A model generated the notes under the pieces. It was not told where the DNA came from. It ran no database searches and was given only the letters and a program-made list of their open reading frames with translations. Source: a virus. Taken from it: DNA of 64,000 bases. The stretch lies in IMG/VR virus record IMGVR_UViG_3300022916_000005; one strand, 5' to 3'. Shown here in pieces: positions 37,640-48,800 of this stretch (positions are counted from its first letter, which is position 1; every line of letters begins with the position of its first letter). A program made the position numbers and the translations under genes.

Positions 37640-40071
37640 ATCAAGAAGAAGTATATAATAAAACATTAGAGTATTATGAAGGAGATATTTTAGCGACAGA
37701 ATCATGGATTAATAAATATGCATTAAGGGATAATGATAGCAACCTTGTAGAATCAACTCCTGACAACATGCACCGAAGACTTGCCAAAGAGTTTGCGAGA
37801 ATTGAACAGAATTATTCAAATCCTTTGACAGAAGAAGAGATCTATAGTTACTTTAAGGATTTCAATTCAATTGTTCCTCAAGGTTCTCCAATGTATGGAA
37901 TTGGGAACAATACGAGTTTGATGAGTTTGTCAAACTGTGTGGTTGTTGCTCCTCCAAAAGATAGTGTATCTGGGATCATCAATACTTCGAGAGACTTGGC
38001 AAACCTATACAAGAACAGATGTGGCGTTGGAACAGACATTTCAACATTAAGGCCAGAAGGAGAGAGGGTAAATAACTCGGCAGGAACTACAACTGGTGCT
38101 TGGAGTTTTGCAGATTTCTATTCGTATGTAACAAACATGATTGGGCAGAATGGTAGACGATCAGCGTTGATGCTTACAATGGATGTTTCTCACCCAGATA
38201 TTGAGAAGTTCATCACAATGAAGACAGATCTGTCAAAAGTGACAGGTGCCAATATTACTGTTAAACTATCAGACAAATTCATGAATGCCGTTTTTGCAGA
38301 CAAAATGTTTGATCTTGTATTCGATGGTAAAGTTTATAAGACAGTTAATGCCAGGAGTTTGTTTAAGTTAATTGGAGAGACTGCGACAACAACAGGCGAA
38401 CCTGGAGTTTCATTTTGGGATCGTATTCTTGAAGATAATCCTCTACAATGCTATAAGGATGATGGATTTAATCATGTTGGTTTAAATCCATGTGGAGAAT
38501 TATCCTTATCTCCTGACGATAGTTGTCGCTTAATTGCTATCAATCTTGTTAACTTTGTTCTTAATGCCTTTAGTGTCAAAGATGCAGTATTCGACATGAC
38601 ATCGTTCGAAAGAACTATCAGAGTTGCAACAAGACTGTCAGATGATCTTATCGACCTTGAGGTAGAAAAGCTTAACAAGATCATCAATCATGCAAGTGAA
38701 CAAGATGTAAAAGATGTCTTTATTCGCTTACGAGATACGGCACTGAAAGGTAGAAGAACAGGACTGGGTGTCTTTGGTTTGGCAGACATGCTTGCTAAAC
38801 TGACTCTCAAATATGATAGTCAAGAAGCCATTGATTTCGTAGAACATATGATGAACAGCTTCAAAAACACTGCCTATAGTGAAAGTACGAGACTTGCTAA
38901 AGAAAGAGGACCATTCCCAATTTGGAATTGGGAGAAGGAGAAGAACAATAAATTCATTAATAGCCTTGACAACGACGTTATTGAAGAGATTAAGACGTAT
39001 GGCAGGAGAAGTGGGGCTTCACTCACATGTGCCCCAAATGGCACCTCTGCCATCGTCTCAAGGGTATCTTCTGGTATTGAGCCAATGTTTAGATTCTCTT
39101 ATACGAGAAGACGTAAACTAAACGAAAATGAAAAAGATATTAGAGCAGACTTTGTTGATGATAGTGGTATTCGTTGGAAGGAGCATAAATACGTGCATCC
39201 TCTGATCGAAAAGTATATGAGAGATTTCGGCATCAAGGAAGAGAAAGATCTCCCAGAGTTCTTTACAACTTCAGATAAGATTGATTATACTCAAAGAATC
39301 AAGATGCAAGAGGCATTACAGAAGGGAATTGATCATCAAATTTCAAGTACGATCAATCTTCCAAAAGGAACCAAATCAGATGTTGTGTGTGACATCTATG
39401 AGAAGGCTTATGAGCACAACCTAAAGGGATTGACAGTATATGTTGATGGTTCAAGAGCAAACGTTCTTGTTGATAACACAACAGCAAGTGATGTAAACCA
39501 AGATAGATTTTCTCCCGACAGGCCAAAGGAGTTGCCGTGTAATATCTTTCAAACTGTCGTGTCTGGTAAGCCTTATATCTTCTTTGTTGGGTTATATGAT
39601 GGAAAGCCATTCGAGTTGTTTGGCGGAGAGCAGAAAAAAATTAGGTTGCCAAAGCGTTATGAATCTGGTACAATTATAAAGCATGAGAGGAAGACGGTAA
39701 GGAACAAGTATGATCTTGTTTTGACAGAAAAGAATTGTAAAGAGAATGGTACTGACTGTGATGAGATGGTTATTTCAGACATCGTTAATCAGTTCGACAA
39801 TGGGATTAATTTAGCTTTTGCGAGGATCATTTCGACGAGTTTGAGACACAAAGTACCAGTGAAGTTTATTGTTGAGCAGTTACAGAAGGAAACTGGCAAC
39901 ATGGATAATGATGGCTTGCACTCTTTTAATAAGGGTGCAGCAAGGGCATTAAAGCCTTATATTCTTGACAACGAGGGAGCAAATGGAGTCTGTGAAGAGT
40001 GTGGATCAACCAATCTCAGATATGAGGGAGGATGCATTATTTGTGAATGCGGAAGCAGTAAATGTGGGTGA
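37636..40071 (+). CDS. nrdJ: Class II (adenosylcobalamin-dependent) ribonucleotide reductase
   Basis: PQGSP, SLSNC, GANITV, GEPG, NPCGE, APNGT, SSGIEP, ISSTINLP and a C-terminal Zn-ribbon CEECG...C..CG.SKC. No NrdB nearby. Confidence 0.9.
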   Translation: MNQEEVYNKTLEYYEGDILATESWINKYALRDNDSNLVESTPDNMHRRLAKEFARIEQNYSNPLTEEEIYSYFKDFNSIVPQGSPMYGIGNNTSLMSLSNCVVVAPPKDSVSGIINTSRDLANLYKNRCGVGTDISTLRPEGERVNNSAGTTTGAWSFADFYSYVTNMIGQNGRRSALMLTMDVSHPDIEKFITMKTDLSKVTGANITVKLSDKFMNAVFADKMFDLVFDGKVYKTVNARSLFKLIGETATTTGEPGVSFWDRILEDNPLQCYKDDGFNHVGLNPCGELSLSPDDSCRLIAINLVNFVLNAFSVKDAVFDMTSFERTIRVATRLSDDLIDLEVEKLNKIINHASEQDVKDVFIRLRDTALKGRRTGLGVFGLADMLAKLTLKYDSQEAIDFVEHMMNSFKNTAYSESTRLAKERGPFPIWNWEKEKNNKFINSLDNDVIEEIKTYGRRSGASLTCAPNGTSAIVSRVSSGIEPMFRFSYTRRRKLNENEKDIRADFVDDSGIRWKEHKYVHPLIEKYMRDFGIKEEKDLPEFFTTSDKIDYTQRIKMQEALQKGIDHQISSTINLPKGTKSDVVCDIYEKAYEHNLKGLTVYVDGSRANVLVDNTTASDVNQDRFSPDRPKELPCNIFQTVVSGKPYIFFVGLYDGKPFELFGGEQKKIRLPKRYESGTIIKHERKTVRNKYDLVLTEKNCKENGTDCDEMVISDIVNQFDNGINLAFARIISTSLRHKVPVKFIVEQLQKETGNMDNDGLHSFNKGAARALKPYILDNEGANGVCEECGSTNLRYEGGCIICECGSSKCG

Positions 40072-41450
40072 TCTCTTTATTGAGAAAAATTTAAACATAT
40101 ATGCTGTTTTGATTGGAGAGGATGAATTAAGCTATGAATTCAAAGAGTATTATGGAAATGGGAAGACTGACATCTTCTTTGTTGGAAAGCGAAATGTTTT
40201 TCATTATTATAAAAAAATCGTATAGTTGGTAACTAATGGATACAGTAAATGTTGGAGATATCTTGAGAGAAAATGAAACAGGGAGAATTGCAGTAGTTGT
40301 TGGTGTTATTTATGAAAGACAGAAAAAGTACCTCATTGAAGAACACCGTTCATCTTATGGCATTTTTAAATTTCAATTTGTACAAGATGATGTTTGGTAT
40401 TTTTATGATAGGATTGTAGAATACAAAGTTGGCAATTGATGATTGACAAAACCAAGGTAAGAGTGGGTTCGATCTTGAGAGAAAAGACAAGTGGAAGAAT
40501 TGCTTTCGTTTATAAAATGGAATCTTGTACTTATTCGAAAATTGCTCATGTAAAAGAACTCTCTGCTCTTGGGAAACCTAATTGGTCCTTTTTTATAGAC
40601 AATTTACAATATTACTATTCACCAATTATGTATTGAGGGCAATGTGGAAGGTAAATACAAAATAGGGGACATCTTTCGAGAAAGAGAAAGTGAAAACATT
40701 GCCATAATTGTAGGTCGAGTTCTTGAGTGGGATGAATATTGGGTTGACGAGTATCGTAAAGATGGGGGCATAAGTGAACTTTTATTTACAGAATATGGGA
40801 TAGAAAAATATTATTACAAGATAGAGATCGAAGATGTTTAATGATGGAATAAAAATGCACACATTACTAAAAGATAAGATGAATCGCAATCATTTGGCAA
40901 TCATTATTAATGATAATGCTTCTTTTTCTGGGTATTATAGAGTATTAGGATATGATATTACAGTAAAGCGATGGATACAGTATAGTCTGCATTGGCAAGC
41001 GATTAACAATTATTACGAGGCTTGGTAGTATGAAAAATAAATATAAAGTAGGGGATGTTTTACTCGATCCTGAAAGAAAGAATTTTGCTGTAGTTTTATC
41101 TGTAGTTAGACTTTCGGGTGGAGGATTTGCAGCCAAGATTAAAGAGTACAATCGTAGTATAAAACGGATAGAATTCTAAGAATTCTTTACCTTGACGTTT
41201 GCATATCTTGTTGGTCACTTTTCAAAAGTGGATATTAATTATTAAGATGGATACTAACAAACTAAGAGTAGGATCGATCTTGCGTGAAGATATTTCTAAA
41301 TGCAATTGTGTTATAGTGAAAATTGACTTTTCAAAAAAGGATCAAGATGTCGATCTTGTCCGTATTAAAGAATCTGAGGAAGCTACAAGAGAATTCTGGA
41401 ATTTCACCAGAATAAGAGTAGAAAATTATTACACTATCCTTATTTATTAA
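40043..41450 (+). other. Array 3 of small SH3/KOW-like ORFs (40043, 40236, 40436, 40644, 40834, 41030, 41247)
   Basis: VNVGDLF, VNVGDIL, VRVGSIL, YKIGDIF, YKVGDVL and LRVGSIL starts. Most end with YY. Confidence 0.75.
41030..41245 (+). pseudogene. SH3-like family member interrupted by in-frame TAA
   Basis: ...GAA TTC TAA GAA TTC TTT...; the frame continues 21 more codons to a stop just before the next ATG (41247). Confidence 0.55.
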
Positions 41451-41475
41451 GGATAAAAACAAAAAGGGGATCAAA

Positions 41476-41676
41476 ATGGCGAGAGTAACTAGCATGAAGA
41501 CATTCTATTTAACAGAGGAAGAGATGAAAACAATTGTTGTCGAACACCTAAAACATACGGTGTTGAGAAGGGATACCAAAACGTTAAGTCATCTATACGA
41601 CAATTGGGAAACAATTAATATGGAATGGGTAGATGGAGAGTTTGCAATTTCAGTAGATGGAGAAATGGAGGCATAA
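41476..41676 (+). CDS. Hypothetical protein
   Basis: 66-aa ORF with an RBS. Confidence 0.6.
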   Translation: MARVTSMKTFYLTEEEMKTIVVEHLKHTVLRRDTKTLSHLYDNWETINMEWVDGEFAISVDGEMEA

Positions 41677-41677
41677 A

Positions 41678-41953
41678 ATGAAAAAAGAAGCAAAGACACT
41701 AACTTACAACAAAGAGAAGACCGAAGAGTTTGCAAAGCGATTATTCGCGATTCGTAGAGAAAAGAAGATTCTACAAGAGGATGAGAAGGAACTAAAGGCA
41801 GAGTTTAAAGAACACGTTCCGGTAAAGCTCGTAAACAAGATTATCAGAGTAGTTAAGCTGAAGATTGATATGCAGTATGAGGCAGCATCAGAAGAAACTA
41901 TTGAAGAGATTGAGGATATCATTGCGGATAGTATTGGCGCAATTATTGAATAA
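41678..41953 (+). CDS. Small coiled-coil dsDNA-binding protein candidate (DUF2312/GapR/T4 DsbA-like)
   Basis: FAKRLFAIRREKKILQEDEKELKAEFKE...KLVNKIIR pattern. Confidence 0.5.
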   Translation: MKKEAKTLTYNKEKTEEFAKRLFAIRREKKILQEDEKELKAEFKEHVPVKLVNKIIRVVKLKIDMQYEAASEETIEEIEDIIADSIGAIIE

Positions 41954-41966
41954 ATAAGGAGAAATT

Positions 41967-42284
41967 ATGATTAACAATAAGTTGTGGCCTGCTGGAAAAT
42001 ATGTCCTACTGGAGCCATACAAAGAAACTGGAGATATCGAAAGAGAAGCTGATCTTATTTATCTTCCAAAAGATCCAGATAAAGAAGAAGAAAGATATCA
42101 AACATTTGTCATTGACAGTTCTGGAGATAAGTGTGATAATGTTGTGTCTGGCGATAATGGCAAGATTGCAATTATTGACGTTTCAGGATTAGAACAGATG
42201 ACGATATTTGGGGAAACTATTCATTTTTGTTTGGAAGGGTCTGTTGTGGCGATGTTCGATCATGACGCGGCAGAAGAAGAGTAA
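41967..42284 (+). CDS. GroES-like co-chaperonin
   Basis: KLWPAGKYVLLEP...LIYLP...GDKC...FCLEGSVVA matches the GroES layout. GroEL is encoded in the window. Confidence 0.55.
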   Translation: MINNKLWPAGKYVLLEPYKETGDIEREADLIYLPKDPDKEEERYQTFVIDSSGDKCDNVVSGDNGKIAIIDVSGLEQMTIFGETIHFCLEGSVVAMFDHDAAEEE

Positions 42285-43093
42285 TGTTACCTTCTGTTTG
42301 TATTGGCTCAACTATGGGAGTGTTGATGCATTCTGTATTAACTGACATTCCTTTGATTTACACAAATGATAAGCCATTCACATTTCTCGACAGAATGCCT
42401 CCTCAATATTCAGAATTACTTGAGGAACATTTAGGAATTCCTTTTAAAAACGGAATACTCAGAACTCCACAAGGAGATGAAATTGTTGGTCCTCTTGAAG
42501 AAGATGCTGAAGAAGATTTATTATTAAAACTTAGTTTAAATGGTGCCAACCTTTCAGGAACAGGAGTTGAAATCGTTTTCGTAAATGGAACAAATAATGT
42601 CATAAAAGTTAATTACAAAAACAAGACAAGAACCACATTTTCCCCAAATAGAATGTTTATTTATGATGACTACAAGGTTCATGGATTAACAAATCGGATC
42701 ATCAGGATACAAGATCAGAAAAATAATGACGAAGTGGTGGATACATTTGAAGTCAGAACTTCATATGACTTGTTGAAGGAAGGCAAGTTTGACAGGTTCA
42801 ACATCCAAGGGGATGTTGAGACAAAAGCGTACGTTTTTGACAATAATATTGTCAAAGTGTATGGGGCATATAAAGATATTGAAGATTTCCCAATGCACTT
42901 CATTTCAAGAAGATTAAGATTTGCCATCAATTATGTGTATGGCATTAAGTCTGAAGATATGGACATTCTTCCAATTGATAGACAATCTTGGAATAGATCG
43001 AAAAACATTTATGAGAATTCAAAGTACATTAAATTTAAAAACAACATGAGGACAACAAAATCAATCAATGAGTATTTCAAGACGAAGTGTTAA
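42284..43093 (+). CDS. Hypothetical protein
   Basis: 269-aa ORF coupled to its neighbours. Confidence 0.7.
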   Translation: MLPSVCIGSTMGVLMHSVLTDIPLIYTNDKPFTFLDRMPPQYSELLEEHLGIPFKNGILRTPQGDEIVGPLEEDAEEDLLLKLSLNGANLSGTGVEIVFVNGTNNVIKVNYKNKTRTTFSPNRMFIYDDYKVHGLTNRIIRIQDQKNNDEVVDTFEVRTSYDLLKEGKFDRFNIQGDVETKAYVFDNNIVKVYGAYKDIEDFPMHFISRRLRFAINYVYGIKSEDMDILPIDRQSWNRSKNIYENSKYIKFKNNMRTTKSINEYFKTKC

Positions 43094-43961
43094 ACAGAGA
43101 AGAAACACCTATTTACGCAATATTTATCGAGACCTTAAAAATAACAGTATTGGGTACGATCATGTTGCAGGGATCATTCCTGTATCAAATTTGCTATTTG
43201 ATTACGAATTTCCTTGGCACGGATGTATGATGCCAATTGGAGATGGTAAATATCTTATAGACAGATCCATAACAGAGTGTTTGGCAGCGGGAGCAAAGAA
43301 TATCTGGATTGTTGCAGATGAAGATATTCAGCCTTTCATTAGAAAACATGTTGGCGAGAAAACAAAGAACGGTGTAAAAATATTTTATATTTCATTCAAA
43401 CCAGAAGACTATATCAGCAAAAGGGCAGGAAGTTTAAATTGGACAATTATTTCTGGCATGTTTGAGGCTCGCAAATTGACAAGACCAGTTGGAGAAGCAC
43501 TCGGACCAGCCTATTTTTATGTTTCATTCCCAAATGTAGTTCACAATTATCCAACAAAGATAGTTCTTGGAAAGGAGAGTAACTTCATTTTTGAGACAAA
43601 AGATGGGAAATCAATTTATGACAACCAACTGTTAGGATGTGGATTTGATGTTCAATCAATGGGAAGGTTTTGGAATTATGTATTTGGAGAGGCTCAAAAG
43701 CCTATCGAAGAACAAACACTAGAAGATATGTTGAAAGTGAGGAAGAAAGAGTTTGCAATTTTTGAAAAAGTAAGATATTATTATGATGTGTCTACTTGGG
43801 AAGGGTATACTGCATTTATAGGTTCTGGGGATGATTTGAAAGATGTGATGAGTAATGAAAATTGGGAGAACATCACTCACGAAGAAGATTGGACAGAACC
43901 GCCAAAAAGAAATAAGAATAAGTATGTTAAAAAGTGGAAGGTCAAAGATGACAGCAAATAA
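43068..43961 (+). CDS. Nucleotidyltransferase-like (NTP_transferase fold) protein
   Basis: AGIIPV...CMMPIGDGKYLIDRSITECLAAGAKNIWIV resembles the N-terminus of sugar nucleotidyltransferases. Confidence 0.55.
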   Translation: MSISRRSVKQRRNTYLRNIYRDLKNNSIGYDHVAGIIPVSNLLFDYEFPWHGCMMPIGDGKYLIDRSITECLAAGAKNIWIVADEDIQPFIRKHVGEKTKNGVKIFYISFKPEDYISKRAGSLNWTIISGMFEARKLTRPVGEALGPAYFYVSFPNVVHNYPTKIVLGKESNFIFETKDGKSIYDNQLLGCGFDVQSMGRFWNYVFGEAQKPIEEQTLEDMLKVRKKEFAIFEKVRYYYDVSTWEGYTAFIGSGDDLKDVMSNENWENITHEEDWTEPPKRNKNKYVKKWKVKDDSK

Positions 43962-44517
43962 AAAGTATAATATCATATATGCAGATCCTCCTTGGAGCTT
44001 TGGTAATAAGAAAACTGGAGGGAGTTTAATATCTGGAGCATCATCACAATATGATGTTATGTCTGTTACAGATATTAAAGAGTTACCACTAATTAAAGAA
44101 ATCACAGAAGATGATTGTTTTCTATTTATGTGGTGGGTAGCATCAATGCCAAAAGAGGCGTTGGATGTAGTAGATGCTTGGGGATTTACTTTAAAGACTA
44201 TGACTGCCTTTAGTTGGATCAAGAAGACAAAGAAGTTGAAAGATCATTTTGGTATGGGATTCTACACAAGACAACAACAAGAACATTGTCTCATTGCGGT
44301 CAAAGGAAAACCAAAAGTATTATCCCACTCAGTAAGACAAAATGTGAGAGAAGTAAACATTAAACATTCAAAGAAACCAATCATTGTAAGAGATAATATT
44401 ATCGAGTTATGTGGAGATATCCCAAGAATTGAACTGTTTGCCAGAGAGACGGCGAAAGGATGGGATTCTTGGGGGAACGAGGTGAACAACAAGGAGGAAG
44501 AAAATAATGACAAATAA
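43948..44517 (+). CDS. MT-A70 family N6-adenine methyltransferase
   Basis: YNIIYADPPW, LFMW, WGF, GMGFYTR...EHCL, HSKKP, RIELFAR and GWDSWGNE. Confidence 0.93.
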   Translation: MTANKKYNIIYADPPWSFGNKKTGGSLISGASSQYDVMSVTDIKELPLIKEITEDDCFLFMWWVASMPKEALDVVDAWGFTLKTMTAFSWIKKTKKLKDHFGMGFYTRQQQEHCLIAVKGKPKVLSHSVRQNVREVNIKHSKKPIIVRDNIIELCGDIPRIELFARETAKGWDSWGNEVNNKEEENNDK

Positions 44518-44782
44518 TGACAACTATTCAAACATTAGCCCGAGTCTGAAAGAAAGTTTAGGAATGCCAGTAGGATACGAAGAACTTTCTTTAGAGCAAA
44601 AAGAATTCATTAATGCGATCACGGTTCAAGAACGAACATCAATTTCGTTAGATGATATCCTCGATCAGATTAAAGAAATCAAATATGAATGTCACCATCT
44701 TGAAAGTGACGATGCAATACAAATCGAAGATAGTCTTCAAGATCTCGAAGATGAAGTCCGATACTTAATGAATAACAAATAA
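44507..44782 (+). CDS. Hypothetical acidic protein
   Basis: 91-aa ORF with an AGGAGG RBS. Confidence 0.65.
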   Translation: MTNNDNYSNISPSLKESLGMPVGYEELSLEQKEFINAITVQERTSISLDDILDQIKEIKYECHHLESDDAIQIEDSLQDLEDEVRYLMNNK

Positions 44783-44794
44783 TCCACATTTTCA

Positions 44795-44823
44795 TTGCGT
44801 AACCATTCAAAGAGTGCTATAAT
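44795..44823 (+). promoter_or_regulatory. Sigma70-type early promoter heading array 4
   Basis: TTGCGT-17 nt-TATAAT with an extended -10 TG. ATG at 44830. Confidence 0.65.
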
Positions 44824-44829
44824 CTTAGC

Positions 44830-45836
44830 ATGGGTAAAGAAACTTACAAAAAATTTCACCAACATGACATCTGGTATTATCCAAGATGGAAATTGTTTTA
44901 CCTTGTTACAAAGGTTGAAGGGGATCTTTGTCGATTTGTGCCGATTATGAAACTATGGCTGACAATGCGCTCTTTTCATGTTCTCGGAGAACTTTCTCAC
45001 AATAGCATTTTTATTTCGAGGGTAGATGAAAGCTTTTAAAAAATATGACATTTTTCATCATACATTTGCGAATTGTGGAAGCAGGGAAGGATATATTTTG
45101 ATATTAGATGTGGAAAGGGATCGTGTTGAATATCTTCAATTAACTGGGAATAAAAAAACACATGTTTTTAGAAATTATAGCATATTTGCTTCTCGTTGCA
45201 TTCTCATCTCAAGGATAGATAATGAAGTTTAAAGTAGGTGACATTTATTATAATTATTATCACGGATACATTGTCATACTGGAAGTAAGATTTCATACCA
45301 GTATCGTATTTTACAAAGGAACAAAAACTCTTAGGGATTGGTTTAGCATTTACGGGTCACTTGCAGAAGACTTAACCCTTGTTTATGGTGGATAATGAAC
45401 AGTTTTAAAACAAATGATTTCGTATGGATACAGTACTATGGAAGTTATGCTCTTGTCAAAGAGGTTGAGATGTATAAGGCTTGGAGTGCTCAAAAGATAA
45501 AAGTAAGGACTTGTAGGTATAAGTGCATCTTACTTCCAATAAGAAGCAGTTTGAGTGCCCACTTTGAACAAGGCTCTGCTGTTGCAAATAGTTGCATCTT
45601 GATTGCTAGGGATTATAATGAATAACTTTAAAGTAGGAAACATCTATTATCATAAAAACGAATACGTTAGTGAAGGATTTGTTGTAATAATCAAGATCGA
45701 GGACAGTTATGAGGACAGTTATAATGTAAATCATCGATTTTGTACTTACTACTCTTCTGTTGAGAGGAGAACAGTTCCTTTTGAAACTGGTAGTAGATTT
45801 GCAAATCAATTACAATTAATTTACGAGGAGAAATAA
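44830..45836 (+). other. Array 4 of small SH3/KOW-like ORFs (44830, 45026, 45222, 45395, 45618)
   Basis: FHQHDIW, FKKYDIF, FKVGDIY, FKTNDFV and FKVGNIY starts, with a shared C-terminal S..A....LI motif. Confidence 0.7.
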
Positions 45837-48800
45837 ATGACATTAAAGAACTATGTAAACCTACACGGACATACGAATGACAGTATTGGTGATGCTATCG
45901 GCTCGCCAGTTGAGCATATTGATTTTGCCATTAGTAACGGAGCAAAGGCCATTGCTCTAACAGATCATGGGAACATGATTAACTTTTCTGCTGCCTACCT
46001 ATACTCACAAAAACTACAAGAGCAAGGACAAGATTTCAAGGTTATTTACGGCACAGAAGCATATTTTATTGACGATTTGGAGGAATGGCATGATGAGTAT
46101 CAAGAGTATAAGAAATCTCTTAAAAACAAGAAAACCAAAAAAGAAGAAAAAGGAATTGAAGATGATCGAACCAGAGGCAAGGTTGGCAGAAATCCCATCA
46201 ATCGACGTTATCATCTCGTTCTGCTAGCAAAAAACGAGACAGGTTTGAAGAATCTATTCAAACTGATCTCTCAATCTAACAGCGACTACAATTACTATAG
46301 ATATCCTCGTATTGATTATAAGATGCTTGAAGAGCATAGTGAGGGATTGATCTGTCTTTCTGCGTGTATGGGAAGTAGAATGGCAAATGTCTATTTCAAG
46401 TACAAAGATAAGAAGAACAAAGAAGAACAAATCATTAAAGAAATGACAGAAGTCGCAGAGAAGCACAGGTCTATCTTTGGAAAGGATTATTATCTTGAAT
46501 TGCAGTGGAATGCTTTTGAAGATCAACATACAATTAATCAATACATCATTCAGGTAGCACAAAAGTTGGACATCAAATTGGTATCAACAACGGATGCTCA
46601 CTACCATAAACCAGAGTTATGGCAGAGCAGAGAGATGTATAAAAGATTGGCATGGCTATCAAAAGGAAAGGGAGAACCACTTCCAGAGAGTATTGAAGAG
46701 TTGGGTATGGAATTGTACCCAAAGAATGGGGAACAAATGTGGGATTCCTATCTCAATTATGGGAATGGATACACATATGATGATAATACAATTGAAGATT
46801 CGATCACAAGGACAAAAGAAATTGCAGATGAGATTGAAGTAATTAAGGTCAAAACGGATGTAGAGTTTCCTGATTTCGTATCCCCAGAAGGGAAGGACGC
46901 AGGAGAATACTTGAAAGAATTGTGCTACAGTTCGATGATTGAAAAGAACCTTGATAATGACAAGTATTCAAGCAGACTTGAGTATGAACTTGATGTAATT
47001 ATCAAGAGAGGATTTGCAGAGTATTTCTTATTGATGAATGAAATTATCGAAGAAGCAAAGAGAACACAACTTGTCGGTCCTGGAAGAGGGAGTTGTGGAG
47101 GAAGTTTGATTGCCTATCTTCTTGAAATCACACAGATTGATCCAATTAGGTGGGGAATGCAGTTTGAAAGATTCCTCGACATTGAGGGGAACAGTTTTCC
47201 TGATATTGATGTAGACTTTGAAGATCGTGCAGGGTTAAGAGAGATCATCGAGAAGAAGTGGAAAGAAAAGTATGGAGTAGATGTAGTACAGATCTCAAAC
47301 TTTACAACATTAAAGTTGAAGTCTCTTATTAAAGATCTTTCAAAGTATCACGAAATTCCATACAAGGAAGTTAATATCGTAACTACAGCAATGTTTGAAG
47401 AATCAGAATCATCAATTAAAGAAGAAAGAGGAATTACAGCAGGTATTCTTGACAATCCAACTCTAGATGAGGTAAAGAAGCACAGCCCATCATTGAGGGA
47501 GTTCCTTGATAATCACCCAGAAGTGTCAAAACATATGGGGGCATTAGAAGGACAAAAACGTTCAATTGGCAAGCACGCAGCAGGGATCGTAATTGGGTCA
47601 AACATCACAGAGAAAATGCCTTTAGTCAGAAGTAAGGGAACATTGCAAACCCCTTGGACAGAAGGAATCTCCGCAAGACATCTTGAACCACTAGGTTTCT
47701 TGAAGTTTGACCTTCTTGGTCTTGAAACTTTGGGGATGATCAGAGGAGCTATTGAACATACTCTCAAAAGGCATTACAACATGCCAAACCCAGAATTCAA
47801 AGACATTCAGGATTATTATAACAAAAATTTGCATCCAGACGTTCTTGACTTTTCAGACAAGATGGTATATAATAATGTATATCAAGGTGGCAATTTTGTA
47901 GGAATCTTCCAGTTTGCCAGAGATAATGTCCAACAGTTTTGTATGGATGTTAACCCAAAAGGATTGAGAGATGTTTCTGCAGTTACTGCAATTCACAGAC
48001 CAGGACCACTGATCGCAGGAGTACATAGAAAATTCATTAAGAACAGGGCGAACTCTAACTCTATTGGGTATCAACATCCAATCACAAAGGAAGTTCTTAA
48101 AGACAATGCAGGATTGGTTATCTATCAAGAAGATATTGCCAATTTGACTCATAAGCTTGGGAAAGACCTGTCATTAGCTGAAGGCAACAAACTACGAAAG
48201 TTGTTGATGAAGAAGGGATTGGGGGAGACTGGAGGGAAGAAGGAACAAATTTACAAGAAGTTCTTGGCAGGCTGTCTTGAAAAGGGAATCACGAAGAAAG
48301 AAGCAGAGAAAATGTGGAAAGAGTTTGAGGGGCACTCAAAGTACAGTTTCAACTTTTCTCACAGTTTGATGTATTCGGCAATTTCGTACCAATGCTCTTG
48401 GTTGTTGACTCATTACCCTGCCGAATGGATTGCAAGTTATCTGCAAAGAGAGAAGCCCGCAAACAAAGAACAAGCCATTTCGTCGGCAAAGAAGGCTGGG
48501 TTCAAGATTGAAGATGTAAATATCAACACTTCTGGCAAGGTTTGGGAAATCTCTGAGGACGGAAAAACACTGATTCAGCCACTAAACTCCTTAAAAGGAG
48601 TTGGAGATGCTGCAGTTGAAGAGATCCTTAAATTCAGGCCGTTTAATACCGTCGAAGAACTACTTTTCAATAAAGAGATTAGGTATGGAAAGCTAAATAA
48701 AAAGGTGATGGATGCTTTTGCAAGAGTTGGAGCATTGAAAGATCTTTATAAAGATGACAGTAGATTCAATCACTTGAGGCATTTTTGGTCATCAACTATC

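Noticed and set aside
41192-41240. TTGACG as a -35 element
   Set aside because: There is no -10 box at 16-18 nt spacing. The region reads better as the tail of the interrupted mini-gene.
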